NCBI RefSeq assembly: GCF_964204645.1
Contig: NW_027437479.1
Coordinates: forward strand, 1-54,953
DNA length: 54,953 nt
Reading direction: 5' to 3'
Source: Tubulanus polymorphus
Taxonomy: Eukaryota; Animalia; Nemertea
The notes beneath the pieces were generated by a model, which did no database searches, was not told the origin of the DNA, and saw nothing but the letters and a program-made list of their open reading frames with translations. Shown here one piece after another: positions 26,201 to 38,331 of this stretch (position 1 is its first letter; each line of letters starts with the position of its first letter). The position numbers were made by a program, and so were the translations under genes.

Positions 26201-29200
26201 CGCGAGAAAAGACGTTTTCTCGTCAACTTCTCCCCGTATCGGAAAAATGATAATGCCGATGCGCAAAAGCGCTCAAATCGACGGGAAAAGCACATTTCGA
26301 CCCGAAAACGTCGTTCAGCGCGAGAAAAGACGTTTTCGTATCGAATATTCGCCCTATCGGAAAAACGACGATGTCGATGCGTAAAAGCGCTCAAATCGTC
26401 AGGAAAAGCGCATTTCGGCCCGAAAACGTCGTTCAGCGCGAGAAAAGACGTTTTCTCGTCAACTTCTCCCCGTATCGGAAAAATGATAATGCCGATGCGC
26501 AAAAGCGCTCAAATCGACGGGAAAAGCACATTTCGGCCCGAAAACGTCGTTCAGCGCGAGAAAAGACGTTTTCTCGTCAACTTCTCCCCGTATCGGAAAA
26601 ATGATAATGTCGATGCGTAAAAGCTCTCAAATCGACGGGAAAAGCACATATCGACCCGAAAACGTCGTTCAGCGCGAGAAAAGACGTTTTCGTATCGAAT
26701 ATTCGCCCTATCGGAAAAACGACGATGTCGATGCGTAAAAGCGCTCAAATCGTCAGGAAAAGCACATTTCGGCCCGAAAACGTCGTACAGCGCGAGAAAA
26801 GACGTTTTCTCGACGGGAAAAGCACATTTCGGTCCGAAAACGTCGTTCAGCGCGAGAAAAGACGTTTTCTCGTCAATTTCTCCCCGTATCGGAAAAATTA
26901 TAATGCCGATGCGCAAAAGCGCTCAAATCGACGGGAAAAGCACATTTCGGCCCGAAAACGTCGTTCAGCGCGAGAAAAGATGTTTTCTCGTCAACTTCTC
27001 CCCGTATCGGAAAAATGATAATGTCGATGCGCAAAAGCGCTCAAATCGACGGGAAAAACACATTTCGGCCCGAAAACGTCGTTCAGCGCGAGAAAAGAAG
27101 TTTTCGTATCGAATATTCCCCCTATCGGAAAAACGACGATGTCGATGCGTAAAAGCGCTCAAATCGTCAGGAAAAGCACATTTCGGCCCGAAAACGTCGT
27201 TCAGCGCGAGAAAAGACGTTTTCTCGTCAACTTCTCCCCGTATCGGAAAAATGATAATGTCGATGCGTAAAAGCGCTCAAATCGTCAGGAAAAGCACTTT
27301 TCGACCCGAAAACGTCGTTCAGCGCGAGAAAAGACGTTTTCTCGACGGGAAAAGCACATTTCGGTCCGAAAACGTCGTTCAGCGCGAGAAAAGACGTTTT
27401 CTCGTCAACTTCTCCCCGTATCGGAAAAATGATAATGTCGATGCGTAAAAGCGCTCAAATCGACGGGAAAAGCACATTTCGGCCCGAAAACGTCGTTCAG
27501 CGCGAGAAAAGACGTTTTCGTATCGAATATTGCCCCTATCGGAAAAACGACGACGTCGATGCGTAAAAGCGCTCAAATCGTCAGGTAAAGCACTTTTCGA
27601 CCCAAAAACGTCGTTCAGCGCGAGAAAAGACGTTTTCTCGACGGGAAAAGCACATTTCGGTCCAAAAACGTCGTTCAGCGCGAGAAAAGACGTTTTCTCG
27701 TCAACTTCTCCCCGTATCGGAAAAATGATAATGCCGATGCGCAAAAGCACTCAAATCGACGGGAAAAGCACATTTCGGCCCGAAAACGTCGTTCAGCGCG
27801 AGAAAAGACGTTTTCTCGTCAACTTCTCCCCGTATCGGAAAAATGATAATGTCGATGCGTAAAAGCGCTCAAATCGACGGGAAAAGCACATTTCGACCCG
27901 AAAACGTCGTTCAGCGCGAGAAAAGACGTTTTCTCGACGGGAAAAGCACATTTCGGTCCGAAAACGTCGTACAGCGCGAGAAAAGACGTTTTCTCGTCAA
28001 CTTCTCTCCGTATCGGAAAAATTATAATGCCGATGCGCAAAAGCGCTCAAATCGACGGGAAAAGCATATTTCGGCCCGAAAACGTCGTTCAGCGCGAGAA
28101 AAGACGTTTTCTCGTCAACTTCTCCCCGTATCGGAAAAATGATAATGTCGATGCGCAAAAGCGCTCAAATCGACGGGAAAAACACATTTCGGCCCGAAAA
28201 CGTCGTTCAGCGCGAGAAAAGACGTTTTCTTGTCAACTTCTCCCCGTATCGGAAAAATGATAATGTCGATGCGCAAAAGCGCTCAAATCGACGGGAAAAA
28301 CACATTTCGGCCCGAAAACGTCGTTCAGCGCGAGAAAAGACGTTTTCTCGTCAACTTCTCCCCGTATCGGAAAAATGATAATGTCGATGCGTAAAAGCGC
28401 TCAAATCGTCAGGAAAAGCACTTTTCGACCCGAAAACGTCGTTCAGCGCGAGAAAAGACGTTTTCGTATCGAATATTCCCCCTATCGGAAAAACGACGAT
28501 GTCGATGCGTAAAAGCGCTCAAATCGTCAGGAAAAGCGCATTTCGGCCCGAAAACGTCGTTCAGTGCGAGAAAAGACGTTTTCTCGTCACATCTCCCCGT
28601 ATCTGAAAAATGATAATGTCGATGCGTAAAAGCGCTCAAATCGACGGGAAAAGCACATTTCGACCCGAAAACGTCGTTCAGCGCGAGAAAAGACGTTTTC
28701 GTATCGAATATTCCCCCTATCGGAAAAACGACGATGTCGATGCGTAAAAGCGCTCAAATCGTCAGGAAAAGCACATTTCGGCCCGAAAACGTCGTTCAGC
28801 GCGAGAAAAGACGTTTTCTCGTCAACTTCTCCCCGTATCGGAAAAATGATAATGCCGATGCGCAAAAGCGCTCAAATCGACGGGAAAAGCACATTTCGGC
28901 CCGAAAACGTCGTTCAGCGCGAGAAAAGACGTTTTCTCGTCAACTTCTCCCCGTATCGGAAAAATGATAATGTCGATGCGCAAAAGCGCTCAAATCGACG
29001 GGAAAAACACATTTCGGCCCGAAAACGTCGTTCAGCGCGAGAAAAGACGTTTTCGTATCGAATATTCCCCCTATCGGAAAAACGACGATGTCGATGCGCA
29101 AAAGCGCTCAAATCGACGGGAAAAGCACATTTCGGCCCGAAAACGTCGTTCAGCGCGAGAAAAGACGTTTTCTCGTCAACTTCTCCCCGTATCGGAAAAA

Positions 29201-32200
29201 TGATAATGTCGATGCGTAAAAGCGCTCAAATCGACGGGAAAAGCACATTTCGACCCGAAAACGTCGTTCAGCGCGAGAAAAGACGTTTTCGTATCGAATA
29301 TTCGCCCTATCGGAAAAACGACGATGTCGATGCGTAAAAGCGCTCAAATCGTCAGGAAAAGCGCATTTCGGCCCGAAAACGTCGTTCAGCGCGAGAAAAG
29401 ACGTTTTCTCGTCAACTTCTCCCCGTATCGGAAAAATGATAATGCCGATGCGCAAAAGCGCTCAAATCGACGGGAAAAGCACATTTCGGCCCGAAAACGT
29501 CGTTCAGCGCGAGAAAAGACGTTTTCTCGTCAACTTCTCCCCGTATCGGAAAAATGATAATGTCGATGCGTAAAAGCTCTCAAATCGACGGGAAAAGCAC
29601 ATATCGACCCGAAAACGTCGTTCAGCGGGAGAAAAGACGTTTTCGTATCGAATATTCGCCCTATCGGAAAAACGACGATGTCGATGCGTAAAAGCGCTCA
29701 AATCGTCAGGAAAAGCACATTTCGGCCCGAAAACGTCGTACAGCGCGAGAAAAGACGTTTTCTCGACGGGAAAAGCACATTTCGGTCCGAAAACGTCGTT
29801 CAGCGCGAGAAAAGACGTTTTCTCGTCAATTTCTCCCCGTATCGGAAAAATTATAATGCCGATGCGCAAAAGCGCTCAAATCGACGGGAAAAGCACATTT
29901 CGGCCCGAAAACGTCGTTCAGCGTGAGAAAAGATGTTTTCTCGTCAACTTCTCCCCGTATCGGAAAAATGATAATGTCGATGCGTAAAAGCGCTCAAATC
30001 GACGGGAAAAGCACATTTCGACCCGAAAACGTCGTTCAGCGCGAGAAAAGACGTTTTCGTATCGAATATTCGCCCTATCGGAAAAACGACGATGTCGATG
30101 CGTAAAAGCGCTCAAATCGTCAGGAAAAGCGCATTTCGGCCCGAAAACGTCGTTCAGCGCGAGAAAAGACGTTTTCTCGTCAACTTCTCCCCGTATCGGA
30201 AAAATGATAATGCCGATGCGCAAAAGCGCTCAAATCGACGGGAAAAGCACATTTCGACCCGAAAACGTCGTTCAGCGCGAGAAAAGACGTTTTCGTATCG
30301 AATATTCGCCCTATCGGAAAAACGACGATGTCGATGCGTAAAAGCGCTCAAATCGTCAGGAAAAGCGCATTTCGGCCCGAAAACGTCGTTCAGCGCGAGA
30401 AAAGACGTTTTCTCGTCAACTTCTCCCCGTATCGGAAAAATGATAATGCCGATGCGCAAAAGCGCTCAAATCGACGGGAAAAGCACATTTCGGCCCGAAA
30501 ACGTCGTTCAGCGCGAGAAAAGACGTTTTCTCGTCAACTTCTCCCCGTATCGGAAAAATGATAATGTCGATGCGTAAAAGCTCTCAAATCGACGGGAAAA
30601 GCACATATCGACCCGAAAACGTCGTTCAGCGCGAGAAAAGACGTTTTCGTATCGAATATTCCCCCTATCGGAAAAACGACGATGTCGATGCGTAAAAGCG
30701 CTCAAATCGTCAGGAAAAGCACATTTCGGTCCGAAAACGTCGTACAGCGCGAGAAAAGACGTTTTCTCGTCAACTTCTCCCCGTATCGGAAAAATGATAA
30801 TGCCGATGCGCAAAAGCGCTCAAATCGACGGGAAAAGCACATTCCGACCCGAAAACGTCGTTCAGCGCGAGAAAAGACGTTTTCTCGACGGGAAAAGCAC
30901 ATTTCGATCCGAAAACGTCGTTCAGCGCGAGAAAAGACGTTTTCTCGTCAACTTCTCCCCGTATCGGAAAAATGATAATGCCGATGCGCAAAAGCGCTCA
31001 AATCGACGGGAAAAGCACATTTCGGTCCGAAAACGTCGTACAGCGCGAGAAAAGACGTTTTCTCGTCAACTTCTCCCCGTATCGGAAAAATGATAATGCC
31101 GATGCGCAAAAGCGCTCAAATCGACGGGAAAAGCACATATCGACCCGAAAACGTCGTTCAGCGCGAGAAAAGACGTTTTCGTATCGAATATTCCCCCTAT
31201 CGGAAAAACGACGATGTCGATGCGTAAAAGCGCTCAAATCGTCAGGAAAAGCACATTTCGGCCCGAAAACGTCGTACAGCGCGAGAAAAGACGTTTTCTC
31301 GACGGGAAAAGCACATTTCGGTCCGAAAACGTCGTTCAGCGCGAGAAAAGACGTTTTCTCGTCAATTTCTCCCCGTATCGGAAAAATTATAATGCCGATG
31401 CGCAAAAGCGCTCAAATCGACGGGAAAAGCACATTTCGGCCCGAAAACGTCGTTCAGCGCGAGAAAAGATGTTTTCTCGTCAACTTCTCCCCGTATCGGA
31501 AAAATGATAATGTCGATGCGCAAAAGCGCTCAAATCGACGGGAAAAACACATTTCGGCCCGAAAACGTCGTTCAGCGCGAGAAAAGAAGTTTTCGTATCG
31601 AATATTCCCCCTATCGGAAAAACGACGATGTCGATGCGTAAAAGCGCTCAAATCGTCAGGAAAAGCACATTTCGGCCCGAAAACGTCGTTCAGCGCGAGA
31701 AAAGACGTTTTCTCGTCAACTTCTCCCCGTATCGGAAAAATGATAATGTCGATGCGTAAAAGCGCTCAAATCGTCAGGAAAAGCACTTTTCGACCCGAAA
31801 ACGTCGTTCAGCGCGAGAAAAGACGTTTTCTCGACGGGAAAAGCACATTTCGGTCCGAAAACGTCGTTCAGCGCGAGAAAAGACGTTTTCGTATCGAATA
31901 TTGCCCCTATCGGAAAAACGACGACGTCGATGCGTAAAAGCGCTCAAATCGTCAGGAAAAGCACTTTTCGACCCGAAAACGTCGTTCAGCGCGAGAAAAG
32001 ACGTTTTCTCGACGGGAAAAGCACATTTCGGTCCGAAAACGTCGTTCAGCGCGAGAAAAGACGTTTTCTCGTCAACTTCTCCCCGTATCGGAAAAATGAT
32101 AATGTCGATGCGCAAAAGCGCTCGAATCGTCAGGAAAAGCACTTTTCGACTCGAAAACGTCGTTCAGCGCGAGAAAAGACGTTTTCGTATCAAATATTCC

Positions 32201-35200
32201 CCCTATGGGAAAAACCACAATGTCGATGCGTAAAAGCGCTCAAATCGTCAGGAAAACCACTTTTCGACTCGAAAACGTCATTCAGCGCGAGAAAAGACGT
32301 TTTCGTATCGAATATTCGCCCTATCGGAAAAACGACGATGTCGATGCGTAAAAGCGCTCAAATCGTAAGGAAAAGCACATTTCGGCCCGAAAACGTCGTA
32401 CAGCGCGAGAAAAGACGTTTTCTCGACGGGAAAAGCACATTTCGGTCCGAAAACGTCGTTCAGCGCGAGAAAAGACGTTTTCTCGTCAACTTCTCTCCGT
32501 ATCGGAAAAATTATAATGCCGATGCGCAAAAGCGCTCAAATCGACGGGAAAAGCATATTTCGGCCCGAAAACGTCGTACAGCGCGAGAAAAGACGTTTTC
32601 TCGACGGGAAAAGCACATTTCGGTCCGAAAACGTCGTTCAGCGCGAGAAAAGACGTTTTCTCGTCAATTTCTCCCCGTATCGGAAAAATTATAATGCCGA
32701 TGCGCAAAAGCGCTCAAATCGACGGGAAAAGCACATTTCGGCCCGAAAACGTCGTTCAGCGCGAGAAAAGACGTTTTCTCGTCAACTTCTCCCCGTATCG
32801 GAAAAATGATAATGTCGATGCGCAAAAGCGGTCAAATCGACGGGAAAAACACATTTCGGCCCGAAAACGTCGTTCAGCGCGAGGAAAGAAGTTTTCGTAT
32901 CGAATATTCCCCCTATCGGAAAAACGACGATGTCGATGCGTAAAAGCGCTCAAATCGTCAGGAAAAGCACATTTCGGCCCGAAAACGTCGTTCAGCGCGA
33001 GAAAAGACGTTTTCTCGTCAACTTCTCCCCGTATCGGAAAAATGATAATGTCGATGCGTAAAAGCGCTCAAATCGTCAGGAAAAGCACTTTTCGACCCGA
33101 AAACGTCGTTCAGCGCGAGAAAAGACGTTTTTGTATCGAATATTCGCCCTATCGGAAAAACGACGATGTCGATGCGTAAAAGCGCTCAAATCGTCAGGAA
33201 AAGCACATTTCGGCCCGAAAACGTCGTACAGCACGAGAAAAGACGTTTTCTCGACGGGAAAAGCACATTTCGGTCCGAAAACGTCGTTCAGTGCGAGAAA
33301 AGACGTTTTCTCGTCAATTTCTCCCCGTATCGCAAAAATGATAATGTCGAAGCGCAAAAGCGCTCAAATCGACGGGAAAAGCACATTTCGGTCCGAAAAC
33401 GTCGTTCAGCGCGAGAAAAGACGTTTTCTCGTCAACTTCTCCCCGTATCGGAAAAATGATAATGTCGATGCGTAAATGCGCTCAAATCGACGGGAAAAGC
33501 ACATTTCGGCCCGAAAACGTCGTACAGCGCGAGAAAAGACGTTTTCTCGTCAACTTCTCCCCGTATCGGAAAAATGATAATGCCGATGCGCAAAAGCGCT
33601 CAAATCGACGGGAAAAGCACATTTCGGCCCGAAAACGTCGTTCAGCGCGAGAAAAGACGTTTTCTCGTCAACTTCTCCCCGTATCGGAAAAATGATAATG
33701 CCGATGCGCAAAAGCGCTTAAATCGACGGGAAAAGCACATTTCGGCCCGAAAACGTCGTTCAGCGCGAGAAAAGACGTTTTCTCGTCAACTTCTCCCCGT
33801 ATCGGAAAAATGATAATGTCGATGCGCAAAAGCGGTCAAATCGACGGGAAAAACACATTTCGGCCCGAAAACGTCGTTCAGCGCGAGAAAAGAAGTTTTC
33901 GTATCGAATATTCCCCCTATCGGAAAAACGACGATGTCGATGCGTAAAAGCGCTCAAATCGTCAGGAAAAGCACATTTCGGCCCGAAAACGTCGTTCAGC
34001 GCGAGAAAAGACGTTTTCTCGTCAACTTCTCCCCGTATCGGAAAAATGATAATGTCGATGCGTAAAAGCGCTCAAATCGTCAGGAAAAGCACTTTTCGAC
34101 CCGAAAACGTCGTTCAGCGCGAGAAAAGACGTTTTTGTATCGAATATTCGCCCTATCGGAAAAACGACGATGTCGATGCGTAAAAGCGCTCAAATCGTCA
34201 GGAAAAGCACATTTCGGCCCGAAAACGTCGTACAGCACGAGAAAAGACGTTTTCTCGACGGGAAAAGCACATTTCGGTCCGAAAACGTCGTTCAGCGCGA
34301 GAAAAGACGTTTTCTCGTCAATTTCTCCCCGTATCGCAAAAATGATAATGTCGAAGCGCAAAAGCGCTCAAATCGACGGGAAAAGCACATTTCGGTCCGA
34401 AAACGTCGTTCAGCGCGAGAAAAGACGTTTTCTCGTCAACTTCTCCCCGTATCGGAAAAATGATAATGTCGATGCGTAAATGCGCTCAAATCGACGGGAA
34501 AAGCACATTTCGGCCCGAAAACGTCGTTCAGCGCGAGAAAAGACGTTTTCTCGTCACATTCTCCCCGTATCGGAAAAATGATAATGTCGATGCGTAAAAG
34601 CGCTCAAATCGACGGGAAAAGCACATTTCGACCCGAAAACGTCGTTCAGCGCGAGAAAAGACGTTTTCGTATCGAATATTCCCCCTATCGGAAAAACGAC
34701 GATGTCGATGCGTAAAAGCGCTCAAATCGTCAGGAAAAGCACATTTCGGCCCGAAAACGTCGTTCAGCGCGAGAAAAGACGTTTTCTCGTCAACTTCTCC
34801 CCGTATCGGAAAAATGATAATGCCGATGCGCAAAAGCGCTCAAATCGACGGGAAAAGCACATTTCGGCCCGAAAACGTCGTTCAGCGCGAGAAAAGACGT
34901 TTTCTCGTCAACTTCTCCCCGTATCGGAAAAATGATAATGTCGATGCGCAAAAGCGCTCAAATCGACGGGAAAAACACATTTCGGTCCGAAAACGTCGTT
35001 CAGCGCGAGAAAAGACGTTTTCGTATCGAATATTCGCCCTATCGGAAAAACGACGATGTCGATGCGTAAAAGCGCTCAAATCGTCAGGAAAAGCACATTT
35101 CGGCCCGAAAACGTCGTTCAGCGCGAGAAAAGACGTTTTCTCGTCAACTTCTCCCCGTATCGGAAAAATGATAATGTCGATGCGTAAAAGCGCTCAAATC

Positions 35201-35674
35201 GACGGGAAAAGCACATTTCGACCCGAAAACGTCGTTCAGCGCGAGAAAAGACGTTTTCGTATCGAATATTCGCCCTATCGGAAAAACGACGATGTCGATG
35301 CGTAAAAGCGCTCAAATCGTCAGGAAAAGCGCATTTCGGCCCGAAAACGTCGTACAGCGCGAGAAAAGACGTTTTCTCGACGGGAAAAGCACATTTCGGT
35401 CCGAAAACGTCGTTCAGCGCGAGAAAAGACGTTTTCTCGTCAATTTCTCCCCGTATCGGAAAAATTATAATGCCGATGCGCAAAAGCGCTCAAATCGACG
35501 GGAAAAGCACATTTCGGCCCGAAAACGTCGTTCAGCGCGAGAAAAGATGTTTTCTCGTCAACTTCTCCCCGTATCGGAAAAATGATAATGTCGATGCGCA
35601 AAAGCGCTCAAATCGACGGGAAAAACACATTTCGGCCCGAAAACGTCGTTCAGCGCGAGAAAAGAAGTTTTCGT
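20225..35674. repeat. 118-bp satellite, subfamily/domain B, left of the retroelement (includes 60-bp truncated monomers)
   Basis: Same core as A but with alleles ctcgtcaacttc, aaatgataatg, tcgacggg, atcgaatatt and tttcggccc or tttcggtcc. The first B-type junction ttttctcgacggg is at about 20,220-20,231. Confidence 0.97.
35661..35674 (+). repeat. Left target-site duplication (14 bp, aaagaagttttcgt)
   Basis: Identical to 39,115-39,128. Both copies carry the minority gaAg allele rather than consensus gaCg, and removing the insert plus one copy restores a normal monomer. Confidence 0.9.
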
Positions 35675-35712
35675 GATGCGTATTTTGTTCCCCTCACCTC
35701 CGGCAAGACTTA
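35675..35712 (-). other. 38-nt 3' tail of the PLE, present only at the 3' (left) end
   Basis: gatgcgtattttgttcccctcacctccggcaagactta lies between the left TSD and the start of the inverted repeat and has no counterpart at the right end. Short 3' tails beyond the pLTR are known for Penelope. Confidence 0.8.
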
Positions 35713-35748
35713 ATAAAATACAGATATTGACTATGACGAGGTGCATCT

Positions 35749-35754
35749 TTTATT
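35749..35754 (-). promoter_or_regulatory. Candidate AATAAA polyadenylation signal just 3' of the hammerhead
   Basis: tttatt on the plus strand, mirrored at 39,073-39,078. It sits in the 3' UTR, but the context is AT-rich so a chance match is possible. Confidence 0.35.
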
Positions 35755-35757
35755 TTC

Positions 35758-35807
35758 TTCACTACAAGACGTTTCGGCCTTCAAGCCTTCATCAATTGAG
35801 AATTGAA
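35758..35807 (-). ncRNA. Minimal type I hammerhead ribozyme motif (left pLTR)
   Basis: The minus strand reads uucaauucucaa-UUGAUGA-a-GGC-uugaag-GCC-GAAA-CGUC-uuguagugaa. This gives a core with a U3 variant, a short stem II, palindromic ACGU as stem III and stem I caa/uug plus bulged extensions. Confidence 0.75.
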
Positions 35808-35939
35808 TTAGACGGTTGAAGCAACAATACATCGTTGATAAGGAAACATTATACCCGCAAATAAAATACAAATATGGAATTTTCAACATGAGAATGAATG
35901 GATTAACAAGTACGAGCTTTCACAGATATATTATACATA

Positions 35940-36046
35940 GTAATAATGATAATCAAAATAATAATAATAACAATAATAATAATAATAATAATTATTATTA
36001 TTATTATTATCATTATTATAATAATAAAAATAATAGTAGTAGTAGC
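35940..36046. repeat. (AAT)n/(TAT)n/(TAG)n microsatellite in the PLE 3' UTR, left copy
   Basis: Visible trinucleotide runs: aac(aat)7(tat)6cat. Confidence 0.9.
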
Positions 36047-36153
36047 CATATGAAATACTGACCTAACACCAATAACGATAACAATAATGTACCACAAGAG
36101 ACAATTTATCAGATGGGGATTTCATTTAAATATCGACATAAACTGAATTAGAA

Positions 36154-38331
36154 TTATCTACGATAGGTATCATCTTCGAGATTAAGGCCACAGGGGGACA
36201 ACGTATTAAGTTTGTGGATGTAGAATGATTCCTTGAGGCGACGTTCAGAAGTAGATTCTACGCTTTCAATGGCAGTAACCGAGATATCTGACAGGCTGTG
36301 ATTGTTTGAATTGAAATGTTGTGCAACGAGGGTGTTAGTGTGATTTTTGGTGATAGAATAAAGATGCTCCCTGAATCTATCACCTAATCTTCGTCCTGTT
36401 TCACCGATATATTTGATATCACATTTGAGGCAAATGAGGCAATAAATGACGTTAGCACTAACGCATGAGAAGGACTGTTTTATACGGACGGATGAATGGC
36501 TCCCCACGATAGATTCAATATTACCTATTACATGATCACATGTTTTACAAATTCTGCGTTGACAAGGGAAAGTGCCAGGAATTTCACATTCCTTATTTAG
36601 TTTAGTACGCACGAGCTTACTCCCAATACATCTGTCATTTTTGAAGCAGGTAAGGAGGTTACTGTCAAAAAGGTGTCCAATGTCATTGTCCTCGGATAGA
36701 ATGTGAAAGTTACGTTTGATAGCACGTGCGACTTTAGAACTATATTGATTGAATGTAAGAACTAGAGGAATTTTATGTTCGGAGCTTTTCACGGTTGTGG
36801 TCAGAGTGGTAGATCTTTCTATTCTACGGCATTTGTCAAGAGCTCTTGATAGGAGATTTTCAGGATAGCCACGTTCAGAGAAAAATATTCTCATGTCGTT
36901 AGATTTAATTTTGAAGTCCTGATTGTCAGAACAAATACGCCTTAGTCGCAAGAATTGGCTAAATGGTATGCTATTGATACATTTAGATGGATGGTTTGAA
37001 TCATATCGAAGATAGCTGTGTGAGTCGGTGTTTTTATAGTGGACTGACGTTTCAATTTTGTTCGGTCCAACACTAAATATGGTGTCAAGAAAAACCTCGG
37101 ATGTATCAGATATGGAGTGAGTTACTTCGATGGACCTATGAAAGCTATTGAAACTTTCGATAAAGTTTTCCAAATTCTCGCGTGACATATCGGTTTTACC
37201 CGCAACATCGTCAATAAATCTAACATAAATGTCCGGTATGGGGCCTTGGAAGCTATCGAAAAAGCATTTCTCAAGATACCCCATGAAAATATTAGCGTAA
37301 ACAGGCCCAAATCGAGTTCCCATGCTAACTCCCGATACTTGGTCGTAAAAACGACCATTAAATTCAAAACAATTTCTTGTGAGCACCAGTTCAGCAAGAC
37401 GCAAAATAGTGACAGTAGGTATAACTGGGTTGCGGTTAAGATCTAAGTAATATTTGAGGGCACGGAGGCCATCAGCATGGGGAATGTTAGTATATAAGGA
37501 TTTTACATCCATGGTAAATAATAGCGTATTTTCGGAAACAGGTACATCCTTAATTAAATTGAGAAAATGGGTAGTATCCCTTACATATGATGGTAGTGTG
37601 GTGACAATATGTTGGAGGTGATCACTTAAAAAGTGTGAGATTCTTTCAGTCGGGCAAGAACATGCTGACACAATCGGTCGGCCGGGATTGTTAAGTTTGT
37701 GAATTTTAGGAAGCATATAAAATATACTACACCTGGGTACATTATTGATAAGCGATGCAGCCGTTTCAGGTAGATTGCCTAAATTAATTTCTTGTTTTAT
37801 AATAGTAGCAATATAGTCATTGTTTTCGATAGTTTTATCGGTTGATAGTTCCACATCAAAGTTCGAGTCTCTGAGTTGACGTTCAGCTTCATTTATGTAT
37901 AGGTCCTTCTGCCAAACTACTATGGCACCACCTTTGTCTGCTTTCTTGATGACTAAATCTTCTCTGGTTTGCAACCTTTTTAGTGCTGTCTGTTCATCAC
38001 GAGTCATGTTAGTCTTTTTGGATCGTGGTGTCTGGATCTGTTCAATTGAATTTTGGCATGTCCTGATGAAATTTGTGATAGCTGTAGGAGTGTCTTCGGG
38101 AATCCATATGCTCTGCTTTTTAGGTTTGTATTTATTGAAGATGGAGGGATCGTCATCGATGTTGTTCAGGTGTTTGTCACGGATGGTTTTGTTGGGATCA
38201 TTAAAGTGAGCATGTAATTTCAATCTTCTGTAAAATTCGTTGACCTGGACCTTCGTGGTTGAAACTTCAGCAGAATTTGTAAAACATGTGATCATGTAAT
38301 AGGTAATATTGAATCTATCGTGGGGAGCCAT
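36154..38331 (-). CDS. PLE polyprotein: reverse transcriptase, Cys-rich linker and GIY-YIG endonuclease (N-terminally truncated; the first ~21 codons derive from the inverted repeat)
   Basis: RT motifs are IKKADKGG, YMLPKIHK..PGRPIVS, LFTMDVKSLYTNIP, QVSGVSMGTRFGPVYANIFM, YVRFIDDV and VFLD. The thumb region reads SIPFSQFLRLRRICS and the linker PCQRRICKTC. The endonuclease reads VIYCLICLKC..YIGET..R..EH..VAQHF..E..YI..LN. There are no internal stops. Confidence 0.95.
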   Translation of the reverse strand: MAPHDRFNITYYMITCFTNSAEVSTTKVQVNEFYRRLKLHAHFNDPNKTIRDKHLNNIDDDPSIFNKYKPKKQSIWIPEDTPTAITNFIRTCQNSIEQIQTPRSKKTNMTRDEQTALKRLQTREDLVIKKADKGGAIVVWQKDLYINEAERQLRDSNFDVELSTDKTIENNDYIATIIKQEINLGNLPETAASLINNVPRCSIFYMLPKIHKLNNPGRPIVSACSCPTERISHFLSDHLQHIVTTLPSYVRDTTHFLNLIKDVPVSENTLLFTMDVKSLYTNIPHADGLRALKYYLDLNRNPVIPTVTILRLAELVLTRNCFEFNGRFYDQVSGVSMGTRFGPVYANIFMGYLEKCFFDSFQGPIPDIYVRFIDDVAGKTDMSRENLENFIESFNSFHRSIEVTHSISDTSEVFLDTIFSVGPNKIETSVHYKNTDSHSYLRYDSNHPSKCINSIPFSQFLRLRRICSDNQDFKIKSNDMRIFFSERGYPENLLSRALDKCRRIERSTTLTTTVKSSEHKIPLVLTFNQYSSKVARAIKRNFHILSEDNDIGHLFDSNLLTCFKNDRCIGSKLVRTKLNKECEIPGTFPCQRRICKTCDHVIGNIESIVGSHSSVRIKQSFSCVSANVIYCLICLKCDIKYIGETGRRLGDRFREHLYSITKNHTNTLVAQHFNSNNHSLSDISVTAIESVESTSERRLKESFYIHKLNTLSPCGLNLEDDTYRR

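Larger units (their letters stand above)
35713..36557 (-). repeat. pseudo-LTR / inverted repeat, left arm (845 bp; 3' end of ORF plus 3' UTR)
   Basis: Reverse complement of 38,270-39,114. Ends checked: ataaaatacagata at 35,713 and ...acaaattctgc at 36,557. Confidence 0.95.

Noticed and set aside
35692-35700. Splice-donor-like GAG|GTGAGG on the minus strand of the tail
   Set aside because: Penelope has a 5' intron, but a short motif with no acceptor or transcript evidence cannot be supported.
35816-36097. Poly-Asn/Tyr and poly-Ile ORFs, with mirrors at 38,730-39,011
   Set aside because: They are translations of the AAT/TAT microsatellite in the 3' UTR.
37122-38209. Short alternative-frame and antisense ORFs inside the RT gene
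   Set aside because: They are shadow ORFs with no recognisable motifs.
36154-38331. Telomerase, group II intron, retron or LINE RT
   Set aside because: The C-terminal GIY-YIG domain with a CxxC insert, the KADKG motif and the pLTR with hammerhead are characteristic of PLEs. There is no APE, RLE or HNH domain.
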